Part shown: piece by piece, positions 38,071 to 49,157 of the stretch | Layout: the number at the start of each line of letters is the position of its first letter | Numbering within the stretch: position 1 is the stretch's first letter | Assembly (NCBI GenBank): GCA_040389905.1 | Contig: JAZJZK010000014.1 | Span: 128,001-192,000, forward strand | Length of the DNA: 64,000 nt | Source: Gemmatimonadota bacterium | Lineage (GTDB): Bacteria; Gemmatimonadota; Gemmatimonadetes; Gemmatimonadales; Gemmatimonadaceae | Reading direction: 5' to 3' | Notes under the pieces: model-generated | The model's input: only the letters and a program-made list of their open reading frames with translations | Told to the model about the DNA's origin: nothing | The model's database searches: none | Translations under genes and position numbers: made by a program

Positions 38071-38383
38071 GCGTCACTTCGAAATTGAGGAGGGTACGAA
38101 GTTAGCCCTGCATCACCGCGTCGGCGAACGGTCTGCATGCAGCATCGGCTGTGAGACCAGTGGTCTACGACGGCACGTGCTCGGGCACGAGTTGAAGGGG
38201 TCGCGATTGTGTCGCTTGCGTCGAGGATCGGGCGCTCTCCGGAGACCGCTGCGGGCACGCGGCCCCCATCTGATGTGGCAGCCAATTCTCCCGTCCCAGG
38301 GCTGTCGAGTAAGTGTCTGTGCTAAAATGGTTTACAGCGTGCTCAACGCGGGGGATGAAGCACACAGGGCTCCCCGAAACGAG

Positions 38384-38409
38384 AACGGCGACCAAGAGAG
38401 GTCGCCGTT
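38384..38409 (-). terminator. Hairpin downstream of tRNA-Pro
   Basis: 10-bp stem AACGGCGACC/GGTCGCCGTT with a 6-nt loop. Confidence 0.55.
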
Positions 38410-38434
38410 AGTCGTGCTGTAGCAATGTGCGACA

Positions 38435-38508
38435 TCGGGACGGCGGGATTTGAACCCGCGACCCCCTGAACCCCATTCAGGTGCGCTACCGGGCTGCGCT
38501 ACGTCCCG
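38435..38508 (-). tRNA. tRNA-Pro(GGG)
   Basis: CGGGACGTAGCGCAGCCCGGTAGCGCACCTGAATGGGGTTCAGGGGGTCGCGGGTTCAAATCCCGCCGTCCCGA folds as a cloverleaf with anticodon GGG; CCA not encoded. Confidence 0.96.
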
Positions 38509-38604
38509 TCCGCCAATTTCTCGGACAGACTTGGAACCTAGTCACCGAGCCCGACCCGAACAAGGCGCGGTCCCACGCTCTGCGCGACTGTTTGGCGGCG
38601 GAAA

Positions 38605-38640
38605 GTGCAGGCTCTTCGCTGCGCTCAGGGCGACAAAACG
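38605..38640 (+). repeat. REP-like palindromic repeat, copy 1
   Basis: CTTCGCTGCGCTCAGGGCGACAAAACG. Confidence 0.75.
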
Positions 38641-38652
38641 AGCGGAAAGTGA

Positions 38653-40833
38653 TCAGAACTCGAGACGCACGCCGCCATTGATGACGCGACCATCGAGCGG
38701 CGCCCACGCGTCGGTCGTCCAGCGCCCTCCTTCACCGCGCGTTGGACGCACGAAGGGCTGATAGCTGCTCAGCCTCACGTCACCCAGATTCTCCAGGTTG
38801 ACGAACAACCGCGCCCGCCCAACACGCCGCTCCGCGATCGCCCCGAAGAGCGCATACCGTTTGCTCTCCGAGAGAAACGGGTTGTCCTCCAGTGCCTGCG
38901 CGCCGGTGTAATAGAACTCGAGCCCGACGCGTCCCTGACCCTCCGCCTCCCAGACCGCCGTCACGCCGGCGGCGTGGCGCGGCGTGAGCGGCACTGTGCG
39001 ACTGGTGCGCCCGTCTGGCGCCTCTTCCCGCGACCGAATGAAGGTGTACGTCGCCGTCGTTGCGAAATTGCCACGACGGTGACGGAGCAACATGTCAGCG
39101 CCGGCGGTGGTGGTCGGCTCGTCGGCATTCACCAGTTCGAGCGCGTTCGCGTCGCCTGCGGGAACACGTACGGCAAGTGCATCGCGTATCCGCGACGCGA
39201 AGAGGGTGCCGTTCATCTCGAACGCGCCGATCGTGCCGCCGACGTCCGCAGACGCGCCGAGTGCTCGTTCGACCGTGAGAGCGCCGAGTGAGCGAAGGGG
39301 GGTGAGGCCGGTTGCTTCGGTCTCCTCGGTGAGTGGTGTCGGAGCGAAGGTACCAGTGCCGATCGAGAGGCGCGTCGTCCAGCCGTCACCCGACCGTATC
39401 AGCGCTGAGATTCTCGGGTTGAAGGACGCGCCGTACTTGCTGTGCACGTCGAGTCGACCGCTCGCCGATAGAGACATTCTGCTCGTGGCGTCGAGGTCGA
39501 ACTGCGCGAAGAGAGCGGGCGTCGTATAGCGATAGTCGAAACGCGAGACGTCGGTCGCAACATAGCCGTCGTGCTGGATTGCGACGCCGAATACTGACGT
39601 GCCAGCGCCGTGCGCCGTGGAGAGGGAGATCTCGCCGAACAGCGTTTCGTGACGATCACGCTCGCGGACGCTGCCGAACTGGTGATCGTGCCACTGCCCG
39701 GTCACGGAGGTCCGGGCGCTGAGGATTCCGCTGCCGAATGGCACTCGTGCGACGCTGCCGAGGTCCACCCGTCGCGTGTCGAGTTCCTCGGCATACGGAG
39801 CACCGTTCGGCGCCGTGCGTGCGCCAATGGTTCCGCCGCGCCGATCTTCGACTGTGGTACCGACGGTGAACAACGCAGACTGTCCATTCTCCCCGGACCA
39901 GAAGAGCCGGGGACGGAGGACGGCTCGTTCGTAGCCGGGCATGTCGGTCCACCCATCATTGTCGACATCGGTACGTTGCTGCCGATGGGCGCTGCCGAGC
40001 AGGGTGTATCCCCACTGCGCATCCAGCTGCCCGGATGACCAGAGCACGGCGTCGGTGCCGTTCCGCGTGGTCTGGTTCAAGAGCAGCTCACGCTCCCCTT
40101 CGACGGACGGACGACGCGTGACGAGATCCACGACGCCGCCGAGTGCGGCCGATCCATACAGTGCGGATGCGACGCCCTTGATGATCTCCACCTGCGCGAG
40201 ATCCATGGGTGGGATCTGGAGAAGACCGAGCGCGCCGGTCTGGCCACCATAGAGGGGAAGACCGTCGGAGAGCATCAGCGTGTAACGGCCGCGAAGGCCC
40301 TGGACACGCACGCTCGCGCCACCGAGGGACGGGCTGGTTGACTGGACACGAAGTCCACCGGTTTCGTTGAGCATCATGCTGATGTCGCCCGGGGTCATCA
40401 GCATCTTCTCCTCGATCTCCTCACGCGCGAGCACTTCGACGCGCAGTGGGGTGTCTTCGATGCGGCGTTCGGAGCGCGTGGCGGTAACGACGATGTCGTC
40501 GAGGCCCGCGGCCTGGGGGTCCAGCTGGATGGTAAGTGTGGTATCCGCGCTCGCGCGCAGGACCACGGTGACGGTTTCGGGGGTGAAGCCAAGGCGTGAC
40601 GCGATGAGCTGATGCGCTCCGCCTGGCAGGCGCAGGGTCGCGACGCCATTGGATTGGGTCGAGCTGGACGCGGTGCCTGCGCGAACAAGCACGGACACGA
40701 GGGGCAGCGTGTCATGCAACACATGAACGCGCACGACGGCGGCGCTGTCGGTGACGTGAGGAACGGGGACCTGTGCGTTCAGCGCTGCGCCCATGGAGAG
40801 CAGCGAAAGAACGAGAGCGATGCGTATGCGCAT
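38653..40833 (-). CDS. TonB-dependent receptor
   Basis: Signal peptide, IVVTATRSE, plug region QVEIIKGVASALYGS..GGVV, C-terminal GVRLEF. Confidence 0.93.
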   Translation of the reverse strand: MRIRIALVLSLLSMGAALNAQVPVPHVTDSAAVVRVHVLHDTLPLVSVLVRAGTASSSTQSNGVATLRLPGGAHQLIASRLGFTPETVTVVLRASADTTLTIQLDPQAAGLDDIVVTATRSERRIEDTPLRVEVLAREEIEEKMLMTPGDISMMLNETGGLRVQSTSPSLGGASVRVQGLRGRYTLMLSDGLPLYGGQTGALGLLQIPPMDLAQVEIIKGVASALYGSAALGGVVDLVTRRPSVEGERELLLNQTTRNGTDAVLWSSGQLDAQWGYTLLGSAHRQQRTDVDNDGWTDMPGYERAVLRPRLFWSGENGQSALFTVGTTVEDRRGGTIGARTAPNGAPYAEELDTRRVDLGSVARVPFGSGILSARTSVTGQWHDHQFGSVRERDRHETLFGEISLSTAHGAGTSVFGVAIQHDGYVATDVSRFDYRYTTPALFAQFDLDATSRMSLSASGRLDVHSKYGASFNPRISALIRSGDGWTTRLSIGTGTFAPTPLTEETEATGLTPLRSLGALTVERALGASADVGGTIGAFEMNGTLFASRIRDALAVRVPAGDANALELVNADEPTTTAGADMLLRHRRGNFATTATYTFIRSREEAPDGRTSRTVPLTPRHAAGVTAVWEAEGQGRVGLEFYYTGAQALEDNPFLSESKRYALFGAIAERRVGRARLFVNLENLGDVRLSSYQPFVRPTRGEGGRWTTDAWAPLDGRVINGGVRLEF

Positions 40834-40850
40834 GCGCTCAAAGCTACAAA

Positions 40851-40886
40851 GGTGCGGGTCCTTCGCTTCGCTCAGGACGACAAAAC
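40851..40886 (+). repeat. REP-like palindromic repeat, copy 2
   Basis: GGTGCGGGTCCTTCGCTTCGCTCAGGACGACAAAACG. Confidence 0.75.
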
Positions 40887-40894
40887 GGGGGGAA

Positions 40895-42217
40895 CTACCT
40901 CAGGGCATCCGCCACTCGGCCATAGCCGCGCTCGTTCATATGCGAGCCACGGAAACGCCAGAACTCCGCCGTCCGCAACTCTTCGAGATCCGTAACCTGA
41001 ATACCGAGACGCTTCACGAGCGCAAGCACCTGCGGACGCGTTACGCTCGCCTCGCGCGAGCACTTATCGGCGTCGCGCGCATCAGTTGGCAAATAGGCGA
41101 AGCGAAACTCTGCGCCGAGTCGACGCGCGGCGTCTCGGCCGGCGACGAGCACGCGCTCGAAGGTGGAATCGACGACGCACCCGGTCGACGGGTCGCCGAT
41201 CCGTTTCAGCTCCGGCAGCATCAGCTTCGAGCGCGTGCTCTTGAGCAGCAGCGTGAATCGCGCACGCGCAAACGGGGCCGACAAGTACGCTCGATACTCG
41301 CGCTGGTCAGCGGCAATGGCGGCGCGCAGCAATGAGTCGACCTGGGGCTGGCGCATGGCGACGGACCTCGGCGTTCCGCTCGCCAGATAGCTCACGAGCA
41401 CGGAATCGGAGAGCTCATTCGCAAGGTCGGCGAGGTCATTGCCCTCGTAATAGACCCACACGACCGTCTTCGGGCGGGCGAGTGAGCCGAACTCGATGAG
41501 CGTCGCCAATTCGGAGAGCGGGCCGTTGCCGCTGACGCCGAGGCTCGTCGCGTGCACGCCGCGTGTTCGCAGTTGCGCCGCGACGGTCATGGACGGATCG
41601 ACGCATTCGCCGAGCATGAACGAGTCTCCGAGAATGACAACATCGGCTGCAGAATTCCACACGCTATCCGGATTGCTGAACCCGAAACGGTCAGATTTGT
41701 ACGTGCGGTAGCGCCCATCCTCGGCGCACATCACGGTGAGCACACCAGACACGCCGGAGAGTGGCCGGATGCCGCTCGCGCCGGCCACTTGACGAAAGTA
41801 TGGCCGATAGAGGCGAGGCACGGCATCGACGCCATGCTCCTGCATCTCCGTGGCGACGACGAGCGGCGCGCGCGTGTCCGCGTCGCGAACGCCGGGCTGC
41901 GCGAGCACGCGATACGGTCGCGCGTAGCGGTGCGGAAAGAACACGAGGGTGCCGAGCTCGATGCCGTACAGCCCGACGATGATAGCGCCGAGAGTCACGA
42001 GGCCCGATAGCGCAGCGGCGTTGGGGCGTCGTACAGCGTAAAGACCAAACAGTGCGAGCGCGAGTGGTAACGCGCCGTAGATGATGATGCGCGCGCCGCT
42101 CGGATCGCGGACGAGCGTTGGCGTCGCGATTGCGCACGCGCCGGCGCACGCAACGGTGAGCAGCGCGCCGGCAATGCGAGTCGCTCGAGCGAGTCGTTGC
42201 GGAAGTTGGTTGGTCAC
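40895..42217 (-). CDS. Membrane-anchored SGNH/GDSL hydrolase-like protein
   Basis: Three N-terminal TMs; ILGDSF, GVSGNGP, YEGNDL, HMNERGY. Confidence 0.75.
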   Translation of the reverse strand: MTNQLPQRLARATRIAGALLTVACAGACAIATPTLVRDPSGARIIIYGALPLALALFGLYAVRRPNAAALSGLVTLGAIIVGLYGIELGTLVFFPHRYARPYRVLAQPGVRDADTRAPLVVATEMQEHGVDAVPRLYRPYFRQVAGASGIRPLSGVSGVLTVMCAEDGRYRTYKSDRFGFSNPDSVWNSAADVVILGDSFMLGECVDPSMTVAAQLRTRGVHATSLGVSGNGPLSELATLIEFGSLARPKTVVWVYYEGNDLADLANELSDSVLVSYLASGTPRSVAMRQPQVDSLLRAAIAADQREYRAYLSAPFARARFTLLLKSTRSKLMLPELKRIGDPSTGCVVDSTFERVLVAGRDAARRLGAEFRFAYLPTDARDADKCSREASVTRPQVLALVKRLGIQVTDLEELRTAEFWRFRGSHMNERGYGRVADALR

Positions 42218-42232
42218 GACTGCGGAACTGAA

Positions 42233-42411
42233 GGTGCGGGCCCTTCGCGAAGCCTGCCCTGGAGGAGCGCAAGCGACGAAGGGCTCAGGGCGACAAAACG
42301 AACGGAACTACAAGGGTGCAGACCCCTCGACTCGCTTCGCTCGCTCGGGGTGACAACAACGCCACCGTCGCGAGCGCGCCTCGATTCGCGCCGCTCGCTC
42401 GGGGTGACAAC
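42233..42411 (+). repeat. Cluster of three REP-like repeats
   Basis: One copy ending CTCAGGGCGACAAAACG, then two CCTCGA...CGCTCGGGGTGACAAC copies. Confidence 0.75.
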
Positions 42412-42415
42412 GACG

Positions 42416-43636
42416 CTACTGCCGCGACCGTGCGATGACGTCGATCCAACTATGCAGCTCGTCCTTCTCGAAGGCGGTGAGAAGATCCTTGATTGAACCG
42501 ATCAACTGCATCGACCGGCCGCTCTGCTGCTTCAACTGGAGCGGCCCGTTCCCCGCATAGAACCCGCCACCGCCACCACCCGAGTACGACCGGATAAACG
42601 TGCTGCCGGCATCGAGCGGCAAGGTCGCGACGTTCTTGTAGAAGCGCGGCGCCTCGTCGCCCTGCTGCCAGAGATACTGCTCCACATTGGAGACGTAGAA
42701 CGCGCCAATCGTCGCACCGTGATCGCGCGCATACTTGCCGACGGTCTGGAGCGCCTTCGGTCCCGCGAAGTTGCCCGTAAGCGGAACGATGAGGTTGCGC
42801 TCCTCATAGTCCTTGAGCGTGCGGAAGTTCGCCTCGGTGGCGAGATAGCCCTGATCGACGCCGAGTCCGTTGGACTCCACCATCATGCCGACGTAGCTCG
42901 GCATGCCGCCGCCGAAGCCGCCACCGCCGCCACCACCACCGGGACGCCCGCCCCCGAAGCCGCCGCCGTAGGGGCCGGGATTCCGGCACTCAGACGCATA
43001 GTTGTAGGTCAATCCAGGGCCCTGGCTGTAGAACGCGCCGTACACGCAACTCAGCGACACCTGCTCACTGTCACTCAACGCAAAGCGGTGCACCTTCATC
43101 AAGCGGTCCTTCACGGCCGCGAGATTCTGGCGATAGAGCGCGCTGTCCGCGACCCGCGTGTTCGCGAGCGCTGTGAACAGCTGGATGGCGGTGGAATTCG
43201 TGTCGACACCTTCCAGCGGCTTCCTCGAAAAAAGCTTCGCGAGGAATTCGGCGCGGGTGGCCGACGTTTCGAGGAGCGCCTTGTACAGCATGTGCTGCAT
43301 GGCGTTCTGGTGCCGGATATCGACGATGAACGCGATCTTCGGCCTGAGGTTCACGATGTACGTGAAGTTCTGGTCGGGCGCGACGCCGAGGTAGACCGCG
43401 CCGGGCTTCACGACCTTCTGGAGCTCCGGGATGATCCACTGGTACGACGTTTCGTTCGAAACGAAGTTCTCGGAACGAAAGGTGCCCCATGGCTCCGAGA
43501 AGTCATTCATCATGCGCCAGAAGGTGCTGTCCGCGAGCCGGTCGGGAATCCAGGGTGTCTGCGCTCGTGCGGGCGCAGCCAACGTCAGGGAACCAGCGAC
43601 AGCGAGGAACGCAGTGGAGCGTAGTGTGCGTATCAT
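42416..43636 (-). CDS. Secreted hypothetical protein with a Gly-rich insert
   Basis: Signal peptide ending ARA-Q; VYLGVAPDQNFTYI, AFYVSNVEQYL; strong high-GC codon bias. Confidence 0.8.
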   Translation of the reverse strand: MIRTLRSTAFLAVAGSLTLAAPARAQTPWIPDRLADSTFWRMMNDFSEPWGTFRSENFVSNETSYQWIIPELQKVVKPGAVYLGVAPDQNFTYIVNLRPKIAFIVDIRHQNAMQHMLYKALLETSATRAEFLAKLFSRKPLEGVDTNSTAIQLFTALANTRVADSALYRQNLAAVKDRLMKVHRFALSDSEQVSLSCVYGAFYSQGPGLTYNYASECRNPGPYGGGFGGGRPGGGGGGGGFGGGMPSYVGMMVESNGLGVDQGYLATEANFRTLKDYEERNLIVPLTGNFAGPKALQTVGKYARDHGATIGAFYVSNVEQYLWQQGDEAPRFYKNVATLPLDAGSTFIRSYSGGGGGGFYAGNGPLQLKQQSGRSMQLIGSIKDLLTAFEKDELHSWIDVIARSRQ

Positions 43637-43764
43637 CGATCGACTTGGGGCTCAGGGACCAGCGCGAGGTGCCAGAGGAGATATCTCGCGCGCTATCTTA
43701 CGATAGCATACGCAACCGTTCCGCGTAGTCCCCCCTTTGTCAGCGACGTCAATTTCGAGGCCGA

Positions 43765-45564
43765 GTGACCGCTACCGTTCACGCCCCCGCAACCGCTGCC
43801 GACGCGCCGCACCTCGCGAACCCTGATCTCTATCCGTCCTTCACGAAGGGCGTGTTCTGTGGAGAGATCCGCGAGGACCTGGTCTTCCCCTTTCCGGCGC
43901 TCGACGCCGACGAGCGGGAGTCGCTCGCGGCCATTCTCGACTCGTTCCACGGCTGGGCTGCGGAGAACGTCAATTCGTCGCAGAACGATCACGACGGGAA
44001 GTTCCCCGAGTCGGTGCGCGCAGGAATGGGTGAGTTGGGACTGATGGGCCTCAACATTCCCGAGGCCTACGGTGGGTTCGGCGCATCGTCCAAGGTGTTC
44101 TCGCGCGTCTTCGGCGAAATTGGCGCGACGGACCCTGCCCTCGCCGTGTACTTCGGCGCGCATCAATCCATCGGCTGCAAGGGCATCACGCTGTTCGGAA
44201 CCGAGGACCAGAAGGAGCGGTGGCTTCCCCGCTGCGCGAGTGGCGAGACGGTTGCGGCATTCTGCCTGACGGAGCCAGGATCGGGGTCGGACGCGCAGGC
44301 GATGACGTCCGTCGCACTGCCGAGTGCGGATGGTTCGCACTACCTGCTAACGGGGACGAAGATCTGGATCTCGAACGCCGGGTACGCGGGGGTCTTCACG
44401 GTGTTCGCCAAGGTGCCCGAAGTGCAGGCGGACGGCTCGACGAAGCAACGCGTCACCGCGTTCATCGTCGATGCGCACGCCGCCGGCGTGTCGCTCGGCC
44501 AGCCAGAACAGAAGATGGGCATCAAGGCGAGCGACACACGCACGGTCACATTCGACAACGTGCGCGTTCCCGTCGAGGACCGGCTCGGCAAGGTCGGTCA
44601 GGGGTTCAAATTCGCGCTGGAGATTCTCAACTCCGGCCGGCTTGGCCTGGCGGCGGGGTCGGCGCGCGGTGCACGGAAGATCATGGAAAATGCCCTCGCC
44701 TATGCGAAGCAGCGCGAGCAGTTCGGGCGTTCCATCGGCTCGTTCGAAATGATCCAACAGAAATTCGCGATCAACGCTGCTGAGACGTACGCGGCGGATT
44801 CCGCGTGGATGCTGACGGCAGGCATGGTGGATCGCGGCGGGATCGACTATTCGCTCGAGACGGCGGTGTGCAAGGTGTTCGCGAGCGAGCTGGCGTTTCG
44901 CGCGTCGAACGATGCGCTGCAGATCGCGGGCGGCATTGGCTACTCGAAGGAGTTCCCGTACGAGCAATCGGTGCGCGACTCGCGGATCAACCTCATCTTC
45001 GAGGGGACGAACGAAATCCTGCGCGCCCTCATCGCCCTGATGGCGCTCCAGCAACCGGGCGAACGACTCAAGGCACTCGGCAAGGCGTTCAAGGATCCAC
45101 TTCGCTCACTGGGCGCGATCGGGTCGTACGTCGCGGGCAAGGTGCAGCGGAAGATCACCCATCCATCGTTCTCGAAGGTGCACGAGGCGCTCGACGAGGA
45201 GGCGAAGCTCGTCGCGAACGGGATTCATGACCTTGCGTTAGCGGTCGAGGATCTGCTGCTCAAGCACGGGAAGGACGTGATCGAGCACCAGTTTCTCCAG
45301 TTGCGGCTCGCCAACGCGGCAATCGACATCTACCTCGCGACGGCGGTGCTCTCCCGGACGACCTGGGAGATCGAACGTGCGGGTTCGCCCGAGGCAGCTG
45401 GTGCCGAGTTGGACTGCGCGAAGGTGTTCATCCCGGCGGCGATGCGGCGTGTGCGCCGAAACGTGCGGGCGCTCAAGGTAAATCAGGATTCGCGGCTGAA
45501 GGCCATTGCGGAGCGGGCGTTGGAGTCTGGTCAGCTAGCGCCAAACACGCCAACAGATCGATAG
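43765..45564 (+). CDS. Acyl-CoA dehydrogenase (VLCAD/ACAD9-like)
   Basis: AHQSIG, AFCLTEPGSGSDA, GTKIWISN, KMGIKAS, REQFG, RINLIFEGTNEILR. Confidence 0.95.
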   Translation: MTATVHAPATAADAPHLANPDLYPSFTKGVFCGEIREDLVFPFPALDADERESLAAILDSFHGWAAENVNSSQNDHDGKFPESVRAGMGELGLMGLNIPEAYGGFGASSKVFSRVFGEIGATDPALAVYFGAHQSIGCKGITLFGTEDQKERWLPRCASGETVAAFCLTEPGSGSDAQAMTSVALPSADGSHYLLTGTKIWISNAGYAGVFTVFAKVPEVQADGSTKQRVTAFIVDAHAAGVSLGQPEQKMGIKASDTRTVTFDNVRVPVEDRLGKVGQGFKFALEILNSGRLGLAAGSARGARKIMENALAYAKQREQFGRSIGSFEMIQQKFAINAAETYAADSAWMLTAGMVDRGGIDYSLETAVCKVFASELAFRASNDALQIAGGIGYSKEFPYEQSVRDSRINLIFEGTNEILRALIALMALQQPGERLKALGKAFKDPLRSLGAIGSYVAGKVQRKITHPSFSKVHEALDEEAKLVANGIHDLALAVEDLLLKHGKDVIEHQFLQLRLANAAIDIYLATAVLSRTTWEIERAGSPEAAGAELDCAKVFIPAAMRRVRRNVRALKVNQDSRLKAIAERALESGQLAPNTPTDR

Positions 45565-45677
45565 AGTCGCTATCGCGAATTTGAAACTGCCGAATGCAGC
45601 GTCGCTTGATCTGGCTGTTTCCGTGGCATCCGTTAAATCCGCTCCTCAAAAACGAGCGGACGTGCGGTCCGCCTGGA

Positions 45678-46028
45678 TCAGTTCACGTCGATCGGCGATA
45701 GCGCACGAATGGTCGGCCGGGCCGGAGTCGCGCTCGCGCAGTACTCCTCGAGCTGGTCGACCCGGCACCGGTGCCAGTCTCCGGGAATGGGCGTCAGGCG
45801 CCGCTTTTCTCCGGGCGCCTCGAAGCACAACCATCCGCTGCGAAGGCCGGATGAAAGCACGCTCCGCTGGCCTGACAGTACCCGACGTTCGTTCGACCGC
45901 TTGTCGGTGTGCGCGAGCTGCCTGGCAACCGTTCGCCGCTCCGCCAGCCGCCGTTCTTCGAAGCGCGGCACGACGTCCCATGTTTGCCATTCCGTGCCGC
46001 GCGAATCCGTAAAAACTCGATACGCCAT
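45678..46028 (-). CDS. Small hypothetical protein with ERR-type motifs
   Basis: GGAGG RBS; MAYRVFTDSRGTEWQTWDVVP...GWLCFE...KRRLTPIPGDW. Confidence 0.75.
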   Translation of the reverse strand: MAYRVFTDSRGTEWQTWDVVPRFEERRLAERRTVARQLAHTDKRSNERRVLSGQRSVLSSGLRSGWLCFEAPGEKRRLTPIPGDWHRCRVDQLEEYCASATPARPTIRALSPIDVN

Positions 46029-46213
46029 TTTTGCCTCCATCGGGCGCCGCCCGCCACTGCCGGGGTCGCTCCGAGTGAATTGTCGTGGCCTTTGTACTCG
46101 CATAGGCGGTGCCAAACCACATCACATTTCTGCGATTTCCCCATTTGACGAACGCGGCTGCGGCACGAGCAGTGCAAGAAGACTCACGTCTTCTCCCTCA
46201 GACCCTCATTCTC

Positions 46214-47047
46214 GTGCGTTTCCGCTCCTCGTTCGCGTTCGGCCTCGTGCTGTGCGCTCTGTCTGTGTCCGCGCAACAGCCCGATACCAGCTCGGGTTCG
46301 CGGGTCCTTTTCAACCGCCGAGACCTACTGACGACGACGATTGCGGTCGGCGGCGTTGGCCTCGTCACCATGTTCGACGACGACATCGCCCGTGCCTCGC
46401 AGCGCAGCAGGGTGATCGATCCCGTCACGCATGAATACACCGACGACTTGTCGCGGTGGTCGACGAAGATCAGCAAGGTCAATGAGACGACACTCACGGT
46501 GGCCGGAATTCTGGCGTACGGAGCGGGACGGCTGTTCAAGTCTCCGCTGGTCACGGATGTGGCGCTGCATGCGACAGAATCGGTCGTGCTCGCGAGCCTG
46601 GCCAGCCAGGTGATCCGCGGGCCGCTTGGGCGCACGCGGCCGTACGTGACCGGGGATTCCGACCAGTACTACTTTCGGCCGATGAAGGGGTTCTTCGGGA
46701 AGAGCTCGTTCGACAACCGCGCATTCCCGTCGATTCACACGTCATCGAGCATGGCGGTCGCGACGGTGCTGGTCATGGAGACACACCGGCGTCACCCAGG
46801 AGCGAGTTATGTGCTGGCGCCGCTCGCCTTTGGAGCGGGGCTGCTGCCAGGGCTGGCGCGCATCAAGCTCGACCAGCACTGGACGAGCGACATCGTATCG
46901 GGCGCGTTCATGGGGGTGTTCGGGGCGTACAAGGTGGTTTCATTCAGCCACGCGCATCCGAACAATCGATTCGATCGGATGTTGCTGAAGGCGTCTGTGG
47001 TGCCCGTGCCGGGGGGAGGATTTGGGTTGTCGATTAGCCCTTTTTGA
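46214..47047 (+). CDS. PAP2-family phosphatase
   Basis: GRTRP, FPSIH, ARIKLDQHWTSD. Start uncertain. Confidence 0.85.
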   Translation: MRFRSSFAFGLVLCALSVSAQQPDTSSGSRVLFNRRDLLTTTIAVGGVGLVTMFDDDIARASQRSRVIDPVTHEYTDDLSRWSTKISKVNETTLTVAGILAYGAGRLFKSPLVTDVALHATESVVLASLASQVIRGPLGRTRPYVTGDSDQYYFRPMKGFFGKSSFDNRAFPSIHTSSSMAVATVLVMETHRRHPGASYVLAPLAFGAGLLPGLARIKLDQHWTSDIVSGAFMGVFGAYKVVSFSHAHPNNRFDRMLLKASVVPVPGGGFGLSISPF

Positions 47048-47184
47048 TTTCTCCGATAGGGCGTTGGAAAGACGGTGTGACCTGCGTTGTTCGAAGGGGG
47101 ACGAGCAGATTGTACGGATTCTACGGATTTTGACGGATTGCGTCGGCGCGGCGTCAAAGCCGAATCGGCATTGACGCTTGCAGA

Positions 47185-47227
47185 GGTGCAGACCCCTCGA
47201 CTCGCGTTGCTCGCTCGGGGTGACAAC
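47185..47227 (+). repeat. REP-like palindromic repeat
   Basis: GGTGCAGACCCCTCGACTCGCGTTGCTCGCTCGGGGTGACAAC, nearly identical to the copy at ~42315. Confidence 0.8.
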
Positions 47228-47239
47228 TGCTTGAAGGCG

Positions 47240-48841
<1,602 letters not shown>

Positions 48842-48902
48842 AATCGAAATCTAACCAGACGGGCTTGGGCCAACGGACGGACGGACTCCCGTACGACAAC
48901 GA

Positions 48903-49097
48903 ACGTACGAGGTACCTGGAACCGGGTACCCGGACTGGCATTCAACCCAAAAGGAGCCATCGACAGGTTGGCGGCATCGATCCGACGCCACACAGCGTCA
49001 CGTTGGTGCGAACAGCGTTATTCGTGACTCCACTTTCCGATGGCTCCTCTTGACCTTTCTGCCAGTCAAGGTACGAGGTGCAGGGTACCTCGTACGT
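48903..49097. ncRNA. Candidate structured RNA or MITE-like element (family unknown)
   Basis: Nested complementary stems of 14, 8 and 11 bp closing two inner hairpins. Confidence 0.45.
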
Positions 49098-49157
49098 CGG
49101 TGCTTGCTTCACCCGTCGGTGCTTGCGTCACCGCGCACGTGACCGTACATCGTCAGT

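Larger units (their letters stand above)
35535..38432. mobile_element. Integrase-less genomic islet between tRNA-Pro and its att duplicate
   Basis: Bounded by the 42-bp direct repeat; contains only the kinase gene. Confidence 0.65.

Noticed and set aside
20470..38434. Intact prophage or ICE
   Set aside because: No integrase, replication, conjugation or virion genes are visible.
48903..49097. 6S RNA or SRP RNA assignment
   Set aside because: No large central bubble typical of 6S and no SRP GGAA-loop motif; left as unknown.
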